From: Thermoguttaceae bacterium
Lineage (GTDB): Bacteria > Planctomycetota > Planctomycetia > Pirellulales > Thermoguttaceae
Direction: 5' to 3'
Assembly (NCBI GenBank): GCA_017559825.1
Contig: JAFYQR010000093.1
Span: 1,099 to 65,098, forward strand
DNA: 64,000 bases
Below the pieces are notes generated by a model that saw nothing but the letters and a program-made list of their open reading frames with translations, had not been told where the DNA came from and did not search any database. A program made the position numbers and the translations under genes. Positions 9,801-18,786 of the stretch are shown piece by piece (position 1 is the first letter of the stretch; every line of letters starts with the position of its first letter).

Positions 9801-12800
9801 AATTTTGCGAAGGTTAGTCGTAAATTCGGGCGACTGCGCGTAACGACGCCAATTCCAGAAGAACTTGCGGACGTCCTCGTCGTTCGGGCCGCGACCGGCG
9901 AGTTGTTCGAGCGCCTTATCGTAAACGGTAACAACGGTTTGGCCGACGATCGGACGGCCTTCAAGGTCGGTCAGGCGAATCGCGATTTTCGTCTTTTCGC
10001 CCGGCGCGACCGTCCCTTTCGACGGGAGAACTTCGACGTTTAAGACGCGATTTTCCGGCGGAACGACGATTTCGCGGGACACGCTGTAAAACTCGCCGTT
10101 CGATACGGTTCCGGCTTCGATAAAGAAGTTCGGCAGGTCGCGCTTTTCGATTTTAACGTCGACGCAAGCCGCGCCGTTTTCAAGTTTTACGATTCGCGGT
10201 TTCGTCGGCGCGATTCCGTGTTCCGGACGTTCGAAGAGAAGAACCGTCGCGTCGGGGCGGTCGGACGCGATTTGAACGCGCGCCGTTTCGCCGACTTTAA
10301 ACTCCGATTTTTCAAGCGTTAGTTCGAGATCGCCGAAACGGAACGCGCTTTCGTTCGCCGCTTTTTTCGCGTCGGCTTTCTTTTCGGCGCTTCGAGTTGT
10401 CGCGCCGACGGTCAGGAGAACGGCGCCTTCGCGACGCAAACCTTGCGGCGTCTCGACTTCGCAGGAGAGACGGTATTGGCCCGGCTCCGCGGCGGAGAGC
10501 GAAAGCGTTCCGAAACCGTCGGCGTTCGGCGCGACGCGCTTCGAAAAGACCTCCGTTTCGACCGGTTTCAACGTCGGCAAACCGTTGTTCGAAGCGGTTT
10601 GCGCGTCGGTTTCGATCGGGCGGTACTCGATTTTGTAAAGACGGACGAGCGCTTCGCCGGCGACCGATTTGCCGTCGACGCGGCGCGTTTGGAAGGACGC
10701 GTCGATTTGGGACGCGACGTCGTAAAAACCGCGATTCGTCCAAACGCAAACCTTAAACGGGTCGCGAGTTGCGTAAACGGAACCGCTTCCGACAATCGCG
10801 CGTCGCGAACGGTCGACGACTTCCGCCGTAATCTCGTATTTTTGGTCGTCGTTCGGGAAAAGTTCCTTCGCAAACGACGTGTCGATAACGATTTGCGCCT
10901 TGCCTTCCGCGTTCAGGTTCGCCGTTCCTTCGAGGACGACCTCCGGAACGCCGGGCGAACGCGGGAACCAAGTCGGAATCGGACGCCGCCAACCCCATTT
11001 CGCCCAACCGGGATACGACGCGTAGTCGTTGTGGAGCCAGCCGTAACCGGGGCCGTAGAACCAATCCCAAGGCAAAACCGGGTACCAAGTTTCGTCGCAA
11101 CGCGTTCGCGTAACCTTATACGAAACTTCGCCTTCGGTAACGGGCGCGCCGAAGAGATACTTCGCGGAAATCGTCGCTTCGATCTTGTCGCCGAGCGCGA
11201 TCGGCTCCGCGGGCGCGTCGACCGCGACCTCAAACTCCGGTTTGCGGTACTCTTCGAGACGGAAAGAGCCGCCGCCGTACCAGCGACGATCGTTTGTCGA
11301 ACGAATTTGAACGTTGTAAACGCCGAGTTGAGCGTCTTTAGGGAGTTCGAACGAACCGGCGAACGCGCCGAAATCGTCCAAAACGACCGTTTCCGTTTTC
11401 ACTTCGTCGCCGCGCGGGGACGTAATCGAGTACTTAACTTCTTTGCCGGCCCAAAGATGCGTTTCCGGCAAGTCGTATTTCGCCGTTCCGAGCCAAAACT
11501 TAAATTCGGCCTTTTGACCGGGGCGGTAAAGCGGGCGGTCGGAGACGAAATAGGCGCGGGCTTGCGCTTCAAACTCGTTGTCCGCAAGGTTTGCGGCGCG
11601 ACGAAGTTGCGCGTCGAGACGTTGCGACGAGAGGTAAGCGAAACGCGACGGCTCGCCCGACTTCGCGGACGGGACGATCGTAAATACCGTGTAATAACGT
11701 CTTCCGTCGTTGTTTTCGGCGTTGAAACCGGGGATTTTCTCGACGACGAAAGAACCGTTTTCGTCCGTTTTAACCTTTTCGGAGCGAGCGGTTCGCGTTT
11801 GGCGGTTCCCGTCGCGGTTCCAATTTGTTTCGACGACGAAAAGCTCGGTTTCGACGTTCGCGAGCGGGGCGCCGGTCAGCGCGTCGGCGACGTAAAAGTA
11901 TTCGCCGTCGGCGGTTGAGCGCGAAACGATCGCGGCGTCCGGTTTCCAAAAGAACGCGGTCGATTTCTCGGCGGCCGTCTCGGAGTTTTTCGCGACCGCT
12001 TCGACGTAAAACAAACCGCCGCGAGAGATCGGAAGCGCGACGTCGTGTCGGCGGTTGAAATGGCCCGGTTCCGGTTCGATTTCGACCGTTCGTCGCGCGA
12101 CTTCGGCGCCGAGGTATTTTTCGGCGATCTTTTCGACGCCTTGTCGTTGAAGGAAGAATTCGATTTGCGGCGAGAATAAATCGTTTTTAGCGTTGGGGTT
12201 GGAGTTCGCGACGTTGCGGAATTCGGCGAGAAGTTTCTCCGCGTCGATTTCCCGAACGACGAACTCGACCGCGTCGGCGTTGCGAGCGACGTAAGAAACG
12301 ACCGTTTCGGCGCCGTTGATTTTCGACGCGGCTAAGTCGAAGCGTCCCCAAGGGTTAACGATTTGTTCGAGCGCTTTGCGCGCTTCGTCGCTGGTGCCGA
12401 CGCCGAGACGCGAGGCCTCCCAAAGGTCGACGATTTCGCGCCAAGCGTCGGCGGCCTTGTCGTATTGTCGTCGATTTTCGTATTCGCGCGCAATTTGCGT
12501 CAACGCTTGACTTTGGGCGTCGGGCCTCGGAAACGGCGTTTTGAGAACCCGCGCTTCCGCGAGGGCGCGGCGCCAAATCGCGAGGCAGTTGTCGGAATCG
12601 GGCAATTTAAAGCGTTTGACTCCGGTCGCCAACTTCGCGATCGTTTCCGAATCGTCGAGGGTATGCAGGGCCCAAACGCCGGTTTCGGACGTCGGGGCGT
12701 TCGGCGCGTTCGGGTCGGTCGGGAAGTAGCGCGAATAGTCGGAAAGCGTTTGAACGCCAAAGGTTGCCTGCGCTTGTTCGCCGAGTTGCAACAGAATGTG

Positions 12801-14006
12801 AAAACGGCTCGACGGCGTCGAGACCGCGAGGTATTGCGACTCCAGATAGCGAACGCGTTCGCCGTCGTTTTGCGCCGCTTCGAACGACTTGGGCGTCGCG
12901 AAGAAAATCGGGTTTCCGTCGGCGTCGACCGGGGCGCCTTGGCCGCGCGATGCTCTGTAATAATCTCTTTCCGCGTCGGGGTCGTAAACGGGCGGCGCGT
13001 CGAGGTTGGTTTTCGCTTGCAGACGCCAACGTCCGCTCGGGGCGCCGAGGTACGACGGGCTTTTCGTAAGCGCTTTGATAAAGCAGTAATAGTAATAGCC
13101 GAGGGCGCGTCGGAACTCCTCTTCGATCGGCGTTTGGCCCCCGCGAACCTCCGGAGCGGTCGCAACCGGCGGCAAACCGAGCGTTTCGGCTTGCGCCCGC
13201 GCGGCTTTCTCGTCGATCGGAGCGTCGACGCCGTTCGGGAAGAGCGTCGCTTGCTCGGCGCGAACGAGCGCAAACGCTTCGTTCAGGAGGTAAAGGGCCC
13301 GAGCGCGGAGGAACGCCGAGCCGTCGACGGAGTTCGGCGTCCAACCTGCGACGCGGACGAACTTGCCGTCGACGATTTCGCCGCGATTGGAACCGTTAAG
13401 GAGGAAGTCGGCGAACGCTCGTTTGAGCCGCCAAGAGTTCGGGCGGGCTTTCGTCGCTCGTTCGTAAACCGCTTCCGTAACGACGGGCGCTTCCGAAATA
13501 GCCGGGCCGAAGGCGGTTTGGAGCGTCGAAAGCGCGGCGAGCGTTTCGTGTTCCGTCGCTTCGGCGGAGTCGACGACCGCTTCGCAAAGGACGGCGGCGT
13601 CGGCTCCCATTCCTTCGTTCGCCAACTTTCGGGCGGCGGCGAGCAGGTCTTGCGGCGACTTACCGGCGAGGTCTCGCGCTTTTTCCTCCGGCGTTTTCGT
13701 CGCGATTCCGGCGAACGGGAGGCGGGATTGCGTTCCGGCGTCGGGCGCGACCGGGCCGCCGGGGGAAATCGGCTTGACCGGGCGAGCCGAGCGAGGCGGA
13801 CGCAACGGCGGCGCGGCGTCGGAGGACGGCGAAACAAGGCGAAGCGTTCCGAGCGCGAGCGCTCCGACGAAAGCGCCGAAAAGCGTCGCTTTGAGAAGCG
13901 AGCGAGGACCGCGGGCGTCGAAACGCCGACTGCTTCGACGCTTCAAACGGGGAAAAAACGCGAAACGCCGGGAACGGGGTTCGCGCGGTTTGGATTCTAT
14001 CGTCAT
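6855..14006 (-). CDS. giant alpha-2-macroglobulin family protein (membrane-anchored, thioester motif present)
   Basis: 2,383-aa ORF with AAGGAG SD upstream of ATG 14006. N-terminal anchor LLKATLFGAFVGALALGTL. CxEQ thioester motif in YPYGCNEQT (8673-8684). Met/Ala-rich bait-like stretch AAPMAMGAARAAPTMMAAAPAPAMAAGGMVGG (about 9541-9720). The size and the repeated beta-rich MG-like segments fit bacterial A2M. Confidence 0.88.
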   Translation of the reverse strand: MTIESKPREPRSRRFAFFPRLKRRSSRRFDARGPRSLLKATLFGAFVGALALGTLRLVSPSSDAAPPLRPPRSARPVKPISPGGPVAPDAGTQSRLPFAGIATKTPEEKARDLAGKSPQDLLAAARKLANEGMGADAAVLCEAVVDSAEATEHETLAALSTLQTAFGPAISEAPVVTEAVYERATKARPNSWRLKRAFADFLLNGSNRGEIVDGKFVRVAGWTPNSVDGSAFLRARALYLLNEAFALVRAEQATLFPNGVDAPIDEKAARAQAETLGLPPVATAPEVRGGQTPIEEEFRRALGYYYYCFIKALTKSPSYLGAPSGRWRLQAKTNLDAPPVYDPDAERDYYRASRGQGAPVDADGNPIFFATPKSFEAAQNDGERVRYLESQYLAVSTPSSRFHILLQLGEQAQATFGVQTLSDYSRYFPTDPNAPNAPTSETGVWALHTLDDSETIAKLATGVKRFKLPDSDNCLAIWRRALAEARVLKTPFPRPDAQSQALTQIAREYENRRQYDKAADAWREIVDLWEASRLGVGTSDEARKALEQIVNPWGRFDLAASKINGAETVVSYVARNADAVEFVVREIDAEKLLAEFRNVANSNPNAKNDLFSPQIEFFLQRQGVEKIAEKYLGAEVARRTVEIEPEPGHFNRRHDVALPISRGGLFYVEAVAKNSETAAEKSTAFFWKPDAAIVSRSTADGEYFYVADALTGAPLANVETELFVVETNWNRDGNRQTRTARSEKVKTDENGSFVVEKIPGFNAENNDGRRYYTVFTIVPSAKSGEPSRFAYLSSQRLDAQLRRAANLADNEFEAQARAYFVSDRPLYRPGQKAEFKFWLGTAKYDLPETHLWAGKEVKYSITSPRGDEVKTETVVLDDFGAFAGSFELPKDAQLGVYNVQIRSTNDRRWYGGGSFRLEEYRKPEFEVAVDAPAEPIALGDKIEATISAKYLFGAPVTEGEVSYKVTRTRCDETWYPVLPWDWFYGPGYGWLHNDYASYPGWAKWGWRRPIPTWFPRSPGVPEVVLEGTANLNAEGKAQIVIDTSFAKELFPNDDQKYEITAEVVDRSRRAIVGSGSVYATRDPFKVCVWTNRGFYDVASQIDASFQTRRVDGKSVAGEALVRLYKIEYRPIETDAQTASNNGLPTLKPVETEVFSKRVAPNADGFGTLSLSAAEPGQYRLSCEVETPQGLRREGAVLLTVGATTRSAEKKADAKKAANESAFRFGDLELTLEKSEFKVGETARVQIASDRPDATVLLFERPEHGIAPTKPRIVKLENGAACVDVKIEKRDLPNFFIEAGTVSNGEFYSVSREIVVPPENRVLNVEVLPSKGTVAPGEKTKIAIRLTDLEGRPIVGQTVVTVYDKALEQLAGRGPNDEDVRKFFWNWRRYAQSPEFTTNLRKIFRIPEGVEINMRDLGVFGGTMFASSNALPMNGDVEDFAVVEEAAMEMDAAPMAMGAARAAPTMMAAAPAPAMAAGGMVGGAVFKSSANNAMRRREAVADVAVEAGGSSSQSAQAPAFVEATTRKNLADLAFWGANLLPNDDGVIELEVETPENLTTWKVAAWSVGAGLRVGSGTSEFVSRKDVIVRMQKPRFLTQNDEAVLSAIVHNYLDSEKTVQVSLELDAENDDSPRLTLVENADGAALNAPGIGTNAATRTVVVPASGEARVDWLVKAQNVGEARLTMKALTDEESDAVQETLPILERGMSKQVAVSGMIPAVDDTSQDAKTPREAKFRLTVPEARRPETTKLTVRFSPTLAGAIFDALPYMIEYPYGCNEQTLNRFLPLVIAQKALLDSGVDLASLKEKRANLNAQELGDAKERAAQWARNASHEAVYDVDKARELAQIGVDKLVAAQCDDGGWGWFSGVGERSTAEMTALVVRGLVLARANDQAVPEHALQNGIAWLQNYQRDEALKILRGKVWSDERKAKSNAWSLYKNGADEADAFVYYTLSEAGIRPVPFEETFVNTAEPENVDISANPAELFATMKEFLWEARTELQLYPLSMFALALDDETKTATQGQTPELAESRDVAKSRVETILRRLSQYRQVDDENQTVWLDLGRVPGWYFWRWHGSEFETQAFYLKLLSRVDVETLRDLGIADDAPRLVKYLLNNRKHATYWNSTRDAAICVEAFVEYLRQTDELATVSKVDVYVDGELRKTVEYLPETLFETDGTLVLDATQIASGDREIVLRTTGTNPLYYNAYLEFFTLEDPIEKAGLEVKVERRYYKLVPKKDATALVEGGRGQAVSQRVERFERIALNSGAAVASGDLIEVELTLESKNEYESILLEDRKAAGYEPVETTSGYNGNNLGAYVEYRDDRVCFFASRIPQGRTTVSYRLRAETPGRFSALPTRVEAMYAPELKGNSDEFKANVLDREIGDAK

Positions 14007-14703
14007 TTTTCTTTCTCCTTAAACGGACGAACCGGCGACGGCGCTCGGCGAAGCGAAAGGGCTCGAAGCGGCGGCGCGGCTCGGCGACATTCCCATTATA
14101 CTAAAGACGACGAGTAAAGGCGCGGGGCGGTTTGCAAAAAAACGAAGATTTCCGCATTTTTCTCCTTTTTTTGACGGAGATAGAAAACGCGACGTTAAAA
14201 TAGGGGGATTGGTGAAGAAAATAGGGGCGGTTATAACGATTTTGCGCAAGGCGTCGGATGTAAGACGCGCCGCGCTTTTCTTGGTTTCGCGAGCCCGCGT
14301 CGGGCGATAATAGGGACGAAGAAGCGTCGTCGGCGGATAAAAGCGAGCGTTCGAGGCTCGACGGTCGGCGCGGCGCCGTTATAATCGTTAATTTTTGTCG
14401 GTTTTTTGGTAAATTGGCGAAAAGAGCGGCGGTTTGGGGCTTCTCAAAAAATAAATTTCGGCGAAAATATGGGTAAAATAGCGAAGCAGGGAAGTTTGCG
14501 CGATCTTCGTTAATTTTTAATGACGGCGGCTTTGACTTCGCGCCGTTCGAGACGCGGTTTCGTCGTGTAAAATCGGCGACGCGTCGTTTGCCGCGACTTC
14601 GGCGAATCCGTTTTATCCTTGAACGATAAAATCGCGGAAATTTTAAAAACGAGCAAAAAAGCGTCCGCGGACGTTAATCAACATAGGAAGAGGAGTTTTT
14701 GAG

Positions 14704-15762
14704 ATGAAAATCATCGGTTTGACGTTGCGCGCGTCGTTGGCGGCGGCGCTTTTGACGGTCGCTCCGAGCGCGTTCGCGTTCGGCGGTCTCTTCGACGGCG
14801 GTCTTTTTAAGAGCGCCGAACCGGAATACGTCGTCGACGACGGTTCCTTTTTCGCCGGAGAAGCGCTGACGATCGGCGAAATGGCCGCGCCGTCTCCGTT
14901 CTTCTCGAGCGCCGCGAGCGAAAGCTACTCCGGTTGCGCGTCTTGCGGCGACGACTCCGGCGTCGTTTACGGCGGCGGCGTTCCGGCGGCGATCGACTGC
15001 TGCGATCCGTGCGCGTTCGTTTGCGATCCGTGCGAACCTTACGTCGTTTGGGGCGGTTATCGTTCGTCGTATGTTCCGGGACAACCGGTTCGCAACGTTC
15101 TTCGCGGCGTTCGCAACCTCCTTTCTAACTGCAGCCTCTTCTGCCAACCGGCTTACGTCTGCGACCCGTGTTGGACGGTCTGCGACCCGTGCTGGAGCCC
15201 GTGCGATCCGTGCTGGACTTCCTGCGAAGCGACCTGCGACGGCGGCTACGCTCCGCGTTGCTGCGGCGACGGGATGATTCCGGGCGAAGCGCGCCCGATG
15301 GACGCGAACACCGGTTTGCCGCAAGCGGGCGGCGTCGACGCGGTTTCTCCGACGCCGACGCTCCAAACCGATTCGCAACCGCTCGGCTCGTATCAAGAAA
15401 CGACGCCGGCCGTTCCGCAAGTCGCTCCGGCTCCGCAACTTAACGCTCCGGCCGCCGCTCCGGAAACGATTCCGACTCCGGAACCGGCAAACCTTGGCGC
15501 GGGCGTTCTGAACATGCTCGTTCCGGAAGACGCGGTCGTTTACGTCAACGGCTATCGCACGAAGCAAACCGGCGCCGTCCGCTCCTTCGCGGCGAAGAGC
15601 CTTGAGTTCGGCGAAACTTATTCGTTCGAAATTCGCGTCGTCGCCGTCCGCGACGGTCAAGTTTTCGAAGACGTTCAACACGCGACGCTGACCGCCGGTC
15701 AAGAAACCGCGTTGGCGTTCAACCTCAGCCTCCGCTCGAATCAAGCGGTCGCCGCGCGTTAA
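14704..15762 (+). CDS. secreted Cys-rich protein with C-terminal TIGR03000-type planctomycetal domain
   Basis: GAGGAG SD. Signal peptide MKIIGLTLRASLAAALLTVAPSAFA. Six CDPC motifs. C-terminal LVPEDAVVYVNGYRTKQTGAVRSFAAKSLEFGETYSFEIRVVAVRDGQVFEDVQHATLTAGQETALAF matches my memory of the TIGR03000 domain. Confidence 0.8.
   Translation: MKIIGLTLRASLAAALLTVAPSAFAFGGLFDGGLFKSAEPEYVVDDGSFFAGEALTIGEMAAPSPFFSSAASESYSGCASCGDDSGVVYGGGVPAAIDCCDPCAFVCDPCEPYVVWGGYRSSYVPGQPVRNVLRGVRNLLSNCSLFCQPAYVCDPCWTVCDPCWSPCDPCWTSCEATCDGGYAPRCCGDGMIPGEARPMDANTGLPQAGGVDAVSPTPTLQTDSQPLGSYQETTPAVPQVAPAPQLNAPAAAPETIPTPEPANLGAGVLNMLVPEDAVVYVNGYRTKQTGAVRSFAAKSLEFGETYSFEIRVVAVRDGQVFEDVQHATLTAGQETALAFNLSLRSNQAVAAR
15160..15222 (+). 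repeat. 3 x 21-nt in-frame tandem repeat encoding CDPCW(T/S)x
   Basis: tgcgacccgtgttggacggtc / tgcgacccgtgctggagcccg / tgcgatccgtgctggacttcc, read directly from the sequence. Confidence 0.9.
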
Positions 15763-15802
15763 GCGTTTGCGCTTTCTCGACTTAGTTTAACGTCGAATCG
15801 TT

Positions 15803-15840
15803 AAAAACTCGACGCTTCCTCGGAAAGCGTCGAGTTTTTC
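15803..15840. terminator. bidirectional rho-independent terminator between convergent genes
   Basis: ctcgacgctt (15808-15817) pairs perfectly with aagcgtcgag (15825-15834). Flanked by aaaaa upstream and ttttt downstream. Confidence 0.75.
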
Positions 15841-15883
15841 TATTTCTTGACGCGGTAAGAACGGGCAAAAAGAGCGACGGCGA

Positions 15884-16805
15884 TTAGCGCAAAGATTCGA
15901 TAAATCGCGCGACGTAAGGATTCGTCTCCAACCGCTCCGCGTCGAGACCGTCGAAGCGGGCGCCGCGTTTGATCAATTCGATCGCGGGACGTTGATGTAA
16001 AAACTTCACCCAACCCTCCAAAGGCGTCGCGCCGTCGTTCGAACGCGCTTCGACGTCCGCTCCGGCGTCGATTAAGAGATTGATAACGTCGACGCTCGTC
16101 GCGAAATGAAGCGGCGTCTTTCCGTCGACGTTCTTTGGGTCGACGTCGCAACCCGCTTCAAGGAGGAGACGGCGGATTTCCGGTTGTCGGCGACGAGCGG
16201 CAAGCGTTAGCAAGGGCAAGCCGTTTCGACTTGTTTCGGCGAAATCGACGGCGTTTTGCGCAAGAAGCTCCTTCAATCCGTCGACGCGGCCCTCCTCGAC
16301 GATTCGGCAAACGGGCGACGTCTCCTCGCCGTCGCTTTGATAAATATTGTCGAGAAACGCGGCGAAAGAATCGGCGATTTTCCAAATTTCTCCCGTTTCG
16401 CGGTCGCGCAACCCGACGACGCCCGTTTTTTTACGACCGCCGCCGAAAACGCCGAACAGTTTGCAGGAAACCTTCAAACAATATTCGTTTCCGTAAGGAC
16501 CGCGTCCGACCGGCAAAAATCCGCGCCCGTTCGGATAATCCGCCTCCCAATCTTGCGTCGCCGTTTGCAAATCCCAAAAATCGAACGGCGCGTTCAAGGC
16601 GTAAAGGAGGTCGATCGCGTCGACGCGGTCGTCGCTCGGCGGCCCGACAAGCGCGTATTCGCCGGTAAAGAGCCCGCCGTTCGAAGCGAGCGGAAACTCG
16701 ACGTATTCCTCCGGCGACGCCGTTTCGCGCCTCGAAACGCTTGATTTCGTCGAGCGTCGGCGCCGGGAAGGAATCGATAACCCGCGCTTTCAGTGGAGCG
16801 TTCAT
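15884..16805 (-). pseudogene. SUKH (SMI1/KNR4)-ankyrin repeat protein gene interrupted by a 1-nt frameshift
   Basis: ATG 16805 opens MNAPLKARVIDSFPAPTLDEIKRFEARNGV. The sensible continuation PEEYVEFPLASNGGLFTGEYALVGPPSDDRVDAIDLLYALNAPFDFWDLQ... lies in the adjacent frame and joins track ORF 15884..16597, which ends in ankyrin repeats (GKTPLHFATSVDVINLLIDAGADVEARSNDGATPL). The frame switch is near 16712-16718. Confidence 0.7.
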
Positions 16806-16958
16806 TTTTCTTGCTCCTTAACGTTTGAGTTTGTCGCGGTTAACGTGTTCCGTTTAGACAAAACGCCGTCGCGACCGTCGCCCGCGGTCGAAAAATCGAC
16901 GGGAACGGCGGCCTCGAACGGCGTTGTAAAGAAGCGAAAAAAGAGGCGTTTCGGCGCG

Positions 16959-18488
16959 TCAGCCGAGCGTCGAAATCGCTTCGAAGTCCGCTTTCAGCGA
17001 GTGATAAAGACGTTGGTAAACCGCGAACGCCGCGTCGTATTTCTTTTGAGCGTCCGGGTTAGGCGCGAGTTCCGAAACTTGACGAATCGTCGCGTCGCAA
17101 GCCTCGACGACGTTCGCGTATTCGCCGCCGCCGACCGCCGCCAAGAGCGCGACGCCGAACGCCGGGCCCTCTTCGGAGTTGAGCGTCGTCGTTTTGCTTC
17201 CGAAAACGTCCGCTTGAATTTGGCGCCAGAACGGGCTTTTCGCGCCGCCGCCGGAAGCGCGAATTTCGCCGACCGGAACGCCGAGCCCGCGGAAAATGTC
17301 GATCGCTTCGCGCAACGAGTAAGCGACGCCTTCCATAATCGAGCGCGCGATTCGGCCGCGGTCGCTCGACAGAGTGAGCCCGACGAAGCAGCCGCGAGCG
17401 TTCGGGTCGGCGTGCGGCGTCCGTTCCCCGCTCAAATACGGGAGGAAGAAAAGACCGTCCGCGCCGATCGGCGTCGCCGCCGCTTCCGCCGTCAGGAGTT
17501 CGTAAACGTTTTGGCCGTTGGCTTTAGCTTTTTCGTAAAGTTCCGGGCAGAGCGCGTCGCGGAACCATTGCAGCGAGCCCGCCGCCGAGAGCGTAACGCC
17601 CATCATATGCCATTTGCCGCGAACGGCGTGACAGAACGTGTGAACGCGTCCGAGTTTGTCGTATTTCACTTCGTCCGAGTGAACGAACGCGACGCCGCTC
17701 GTGCCGAGCGAAGTCGAGAGGACGCCGCTGCGAACGATCCCGTTGCCGACCGCGCCCGCCGCGCAGTCGCCCGCGCCGCCGACGACGACGCAGTCGGTCG
17801 TTAAGCCAAGTTGTTCCGCGACTTGCGGCGTCAGTTTGCCCGTAACGTCTTCCGATTCGAAAACGGTCGGCAGGAGCGATTCGTCGAGTTGGAGCGCGTC
17901 GAGGAGCGGTTTCGACCAACGGCGGTTCGCGACGTCGAGAAGAAGGGTTCCGCTGGCGTCGCTAACTTCCGTCGCGTACTCGCCGGTCAAACGGCGGCGA
18001 ATTTCGTCTTTCGGGAGCAACACTTTCGCGACGCGGTCGAAGTTTTCCGGTTCGTTGTTGCGGAGCCAAACGATTTTCGGCGCGGTAAAGCCGCTCATCG
18101 CGGGGTTTGCGACCATCTCGATCAACTTGTCGCGCCCGCCCGCCGCCGCTTCGATTTCGGCGCATTCCTTGGCGGTGCGTTGGTCGTTCCAAAGGATCGC
18201 CGGACGGATAACATTGTCGTTTTTGTCGAGAAAAACAGAGCCGTGCATCTGCCCGGAGAGCCCGATCGCCTTGACGTCGCTTCCCTTAACGCCCGCTTTT
18301 GCAACGACTTCCGGGACTACCTTAACGACTGCGTTCCACCAGTCGTCCGGGTTTTGCTCCGACCAAAGCGGTCGCGGCGCGTAAAGCGGGTACTCCCCGA
18401 CGCCGCTGGCGAGAATCGTTCCGTCGGCGCGAACGGCCAACACCTTAACGCCGGAAGTGCCGACGTCGATCCCTAAATAAACGTTCAT
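16959..18488 (-). CDS. xylB: xylulokinase (FGGY carbohydrate kinase)
   Basis: Track ORF 16959..18695. The upstream 69 codons are Arg-rich, so I prefer ATG 18488 with GGAG 5 nt upstream. MNVYLGIDVGTSGVKVLAV...LWSEQNPDDWW and FGGY C-terminal motifs (GGGAKSPFWRQIQADVFG). Confidence 0.9.
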   Translation of the reverse strand: MNVYLGIDVGTSGVKVLAVRADGTILASGVGEYPLYAPRPLWSEQNPDDWWNAVVKVVPEVVAKAGVKGSDVKAIGLSGQMHGSVFLDKNDNVIRPAILWNDQRTAKECAEIEAAAGGRDKLIEMVANPAMSGFTAPKIVWLRNNEPENFDRVAKVLLPKDEIRRRLTGEYATEVSDASGTLLLDVANRRWSKPLLDALQLDESLLPTVFESEDVTGKLTPQVAEQLGLTTDCVVVGGAGDCAAGAVGNGIVRSGVLSTSLGTSGVAFVHSDEVKYDKLGRVHTFCHAVRGKWHMMGVTLSAAGSLQWFRDALCPELYEKAKANGQNVYELLTAEAAATPIGADGLFFLPYLSGERTPHADPNARGCFVGLTLSSDRGRIARSIMEGVAYSLREAIDIFRGLGVPVGEIRASGGGAKSPFWRQIQADVFGSKTTTLNSEEGPAFGVALLAAVGGGEYANVVEACDATIRQVSELAPNPDAQKKYDAAFAVYQRLYHSLKADFEAISTLG

Positions 18489-18786
18489 AAAACGCTCCGT
18501 AAAACGAAAATTGCTAAAAATTGCTCGTCGCCTTCGACCGGGGCGCGGTCGGGCGATCGTTCTTCGATTATAATGGAAGCGTCGCCGATTTTCCAGCGGT
18601 TTTAACGATTTAACGCCGAATTTTGCCGTTTTTTTTGATTCCGAACGTTGGAATGGCGAAATTAGGAAAAGCGGGTAAACGCAGAGCGTTGGCAAGAAAA
18701 GCCCCCGCTTCCAAGAACAGCGTTGGCCTATATAATATATTGGCGTTTATTTGTTTCTTCGACGGCGTTTCTAGGCGCGCAAAATT

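Noticed and set aside
10443-14117. 491-aa and 584-aa plus-strand ORFs (10443..11918, 12363..14117), plus many smaller ones
   Set aside because: Antisense shadows of the alpha-2-macroglobulin gene in the same codon phase. Arg-rich, low-complexity translations.
14674-15744. 356-aa minus-strand ORF
   Set aside because: Antisense shadow of the TIGR03000/CDPC protein gene. Arg-rich.
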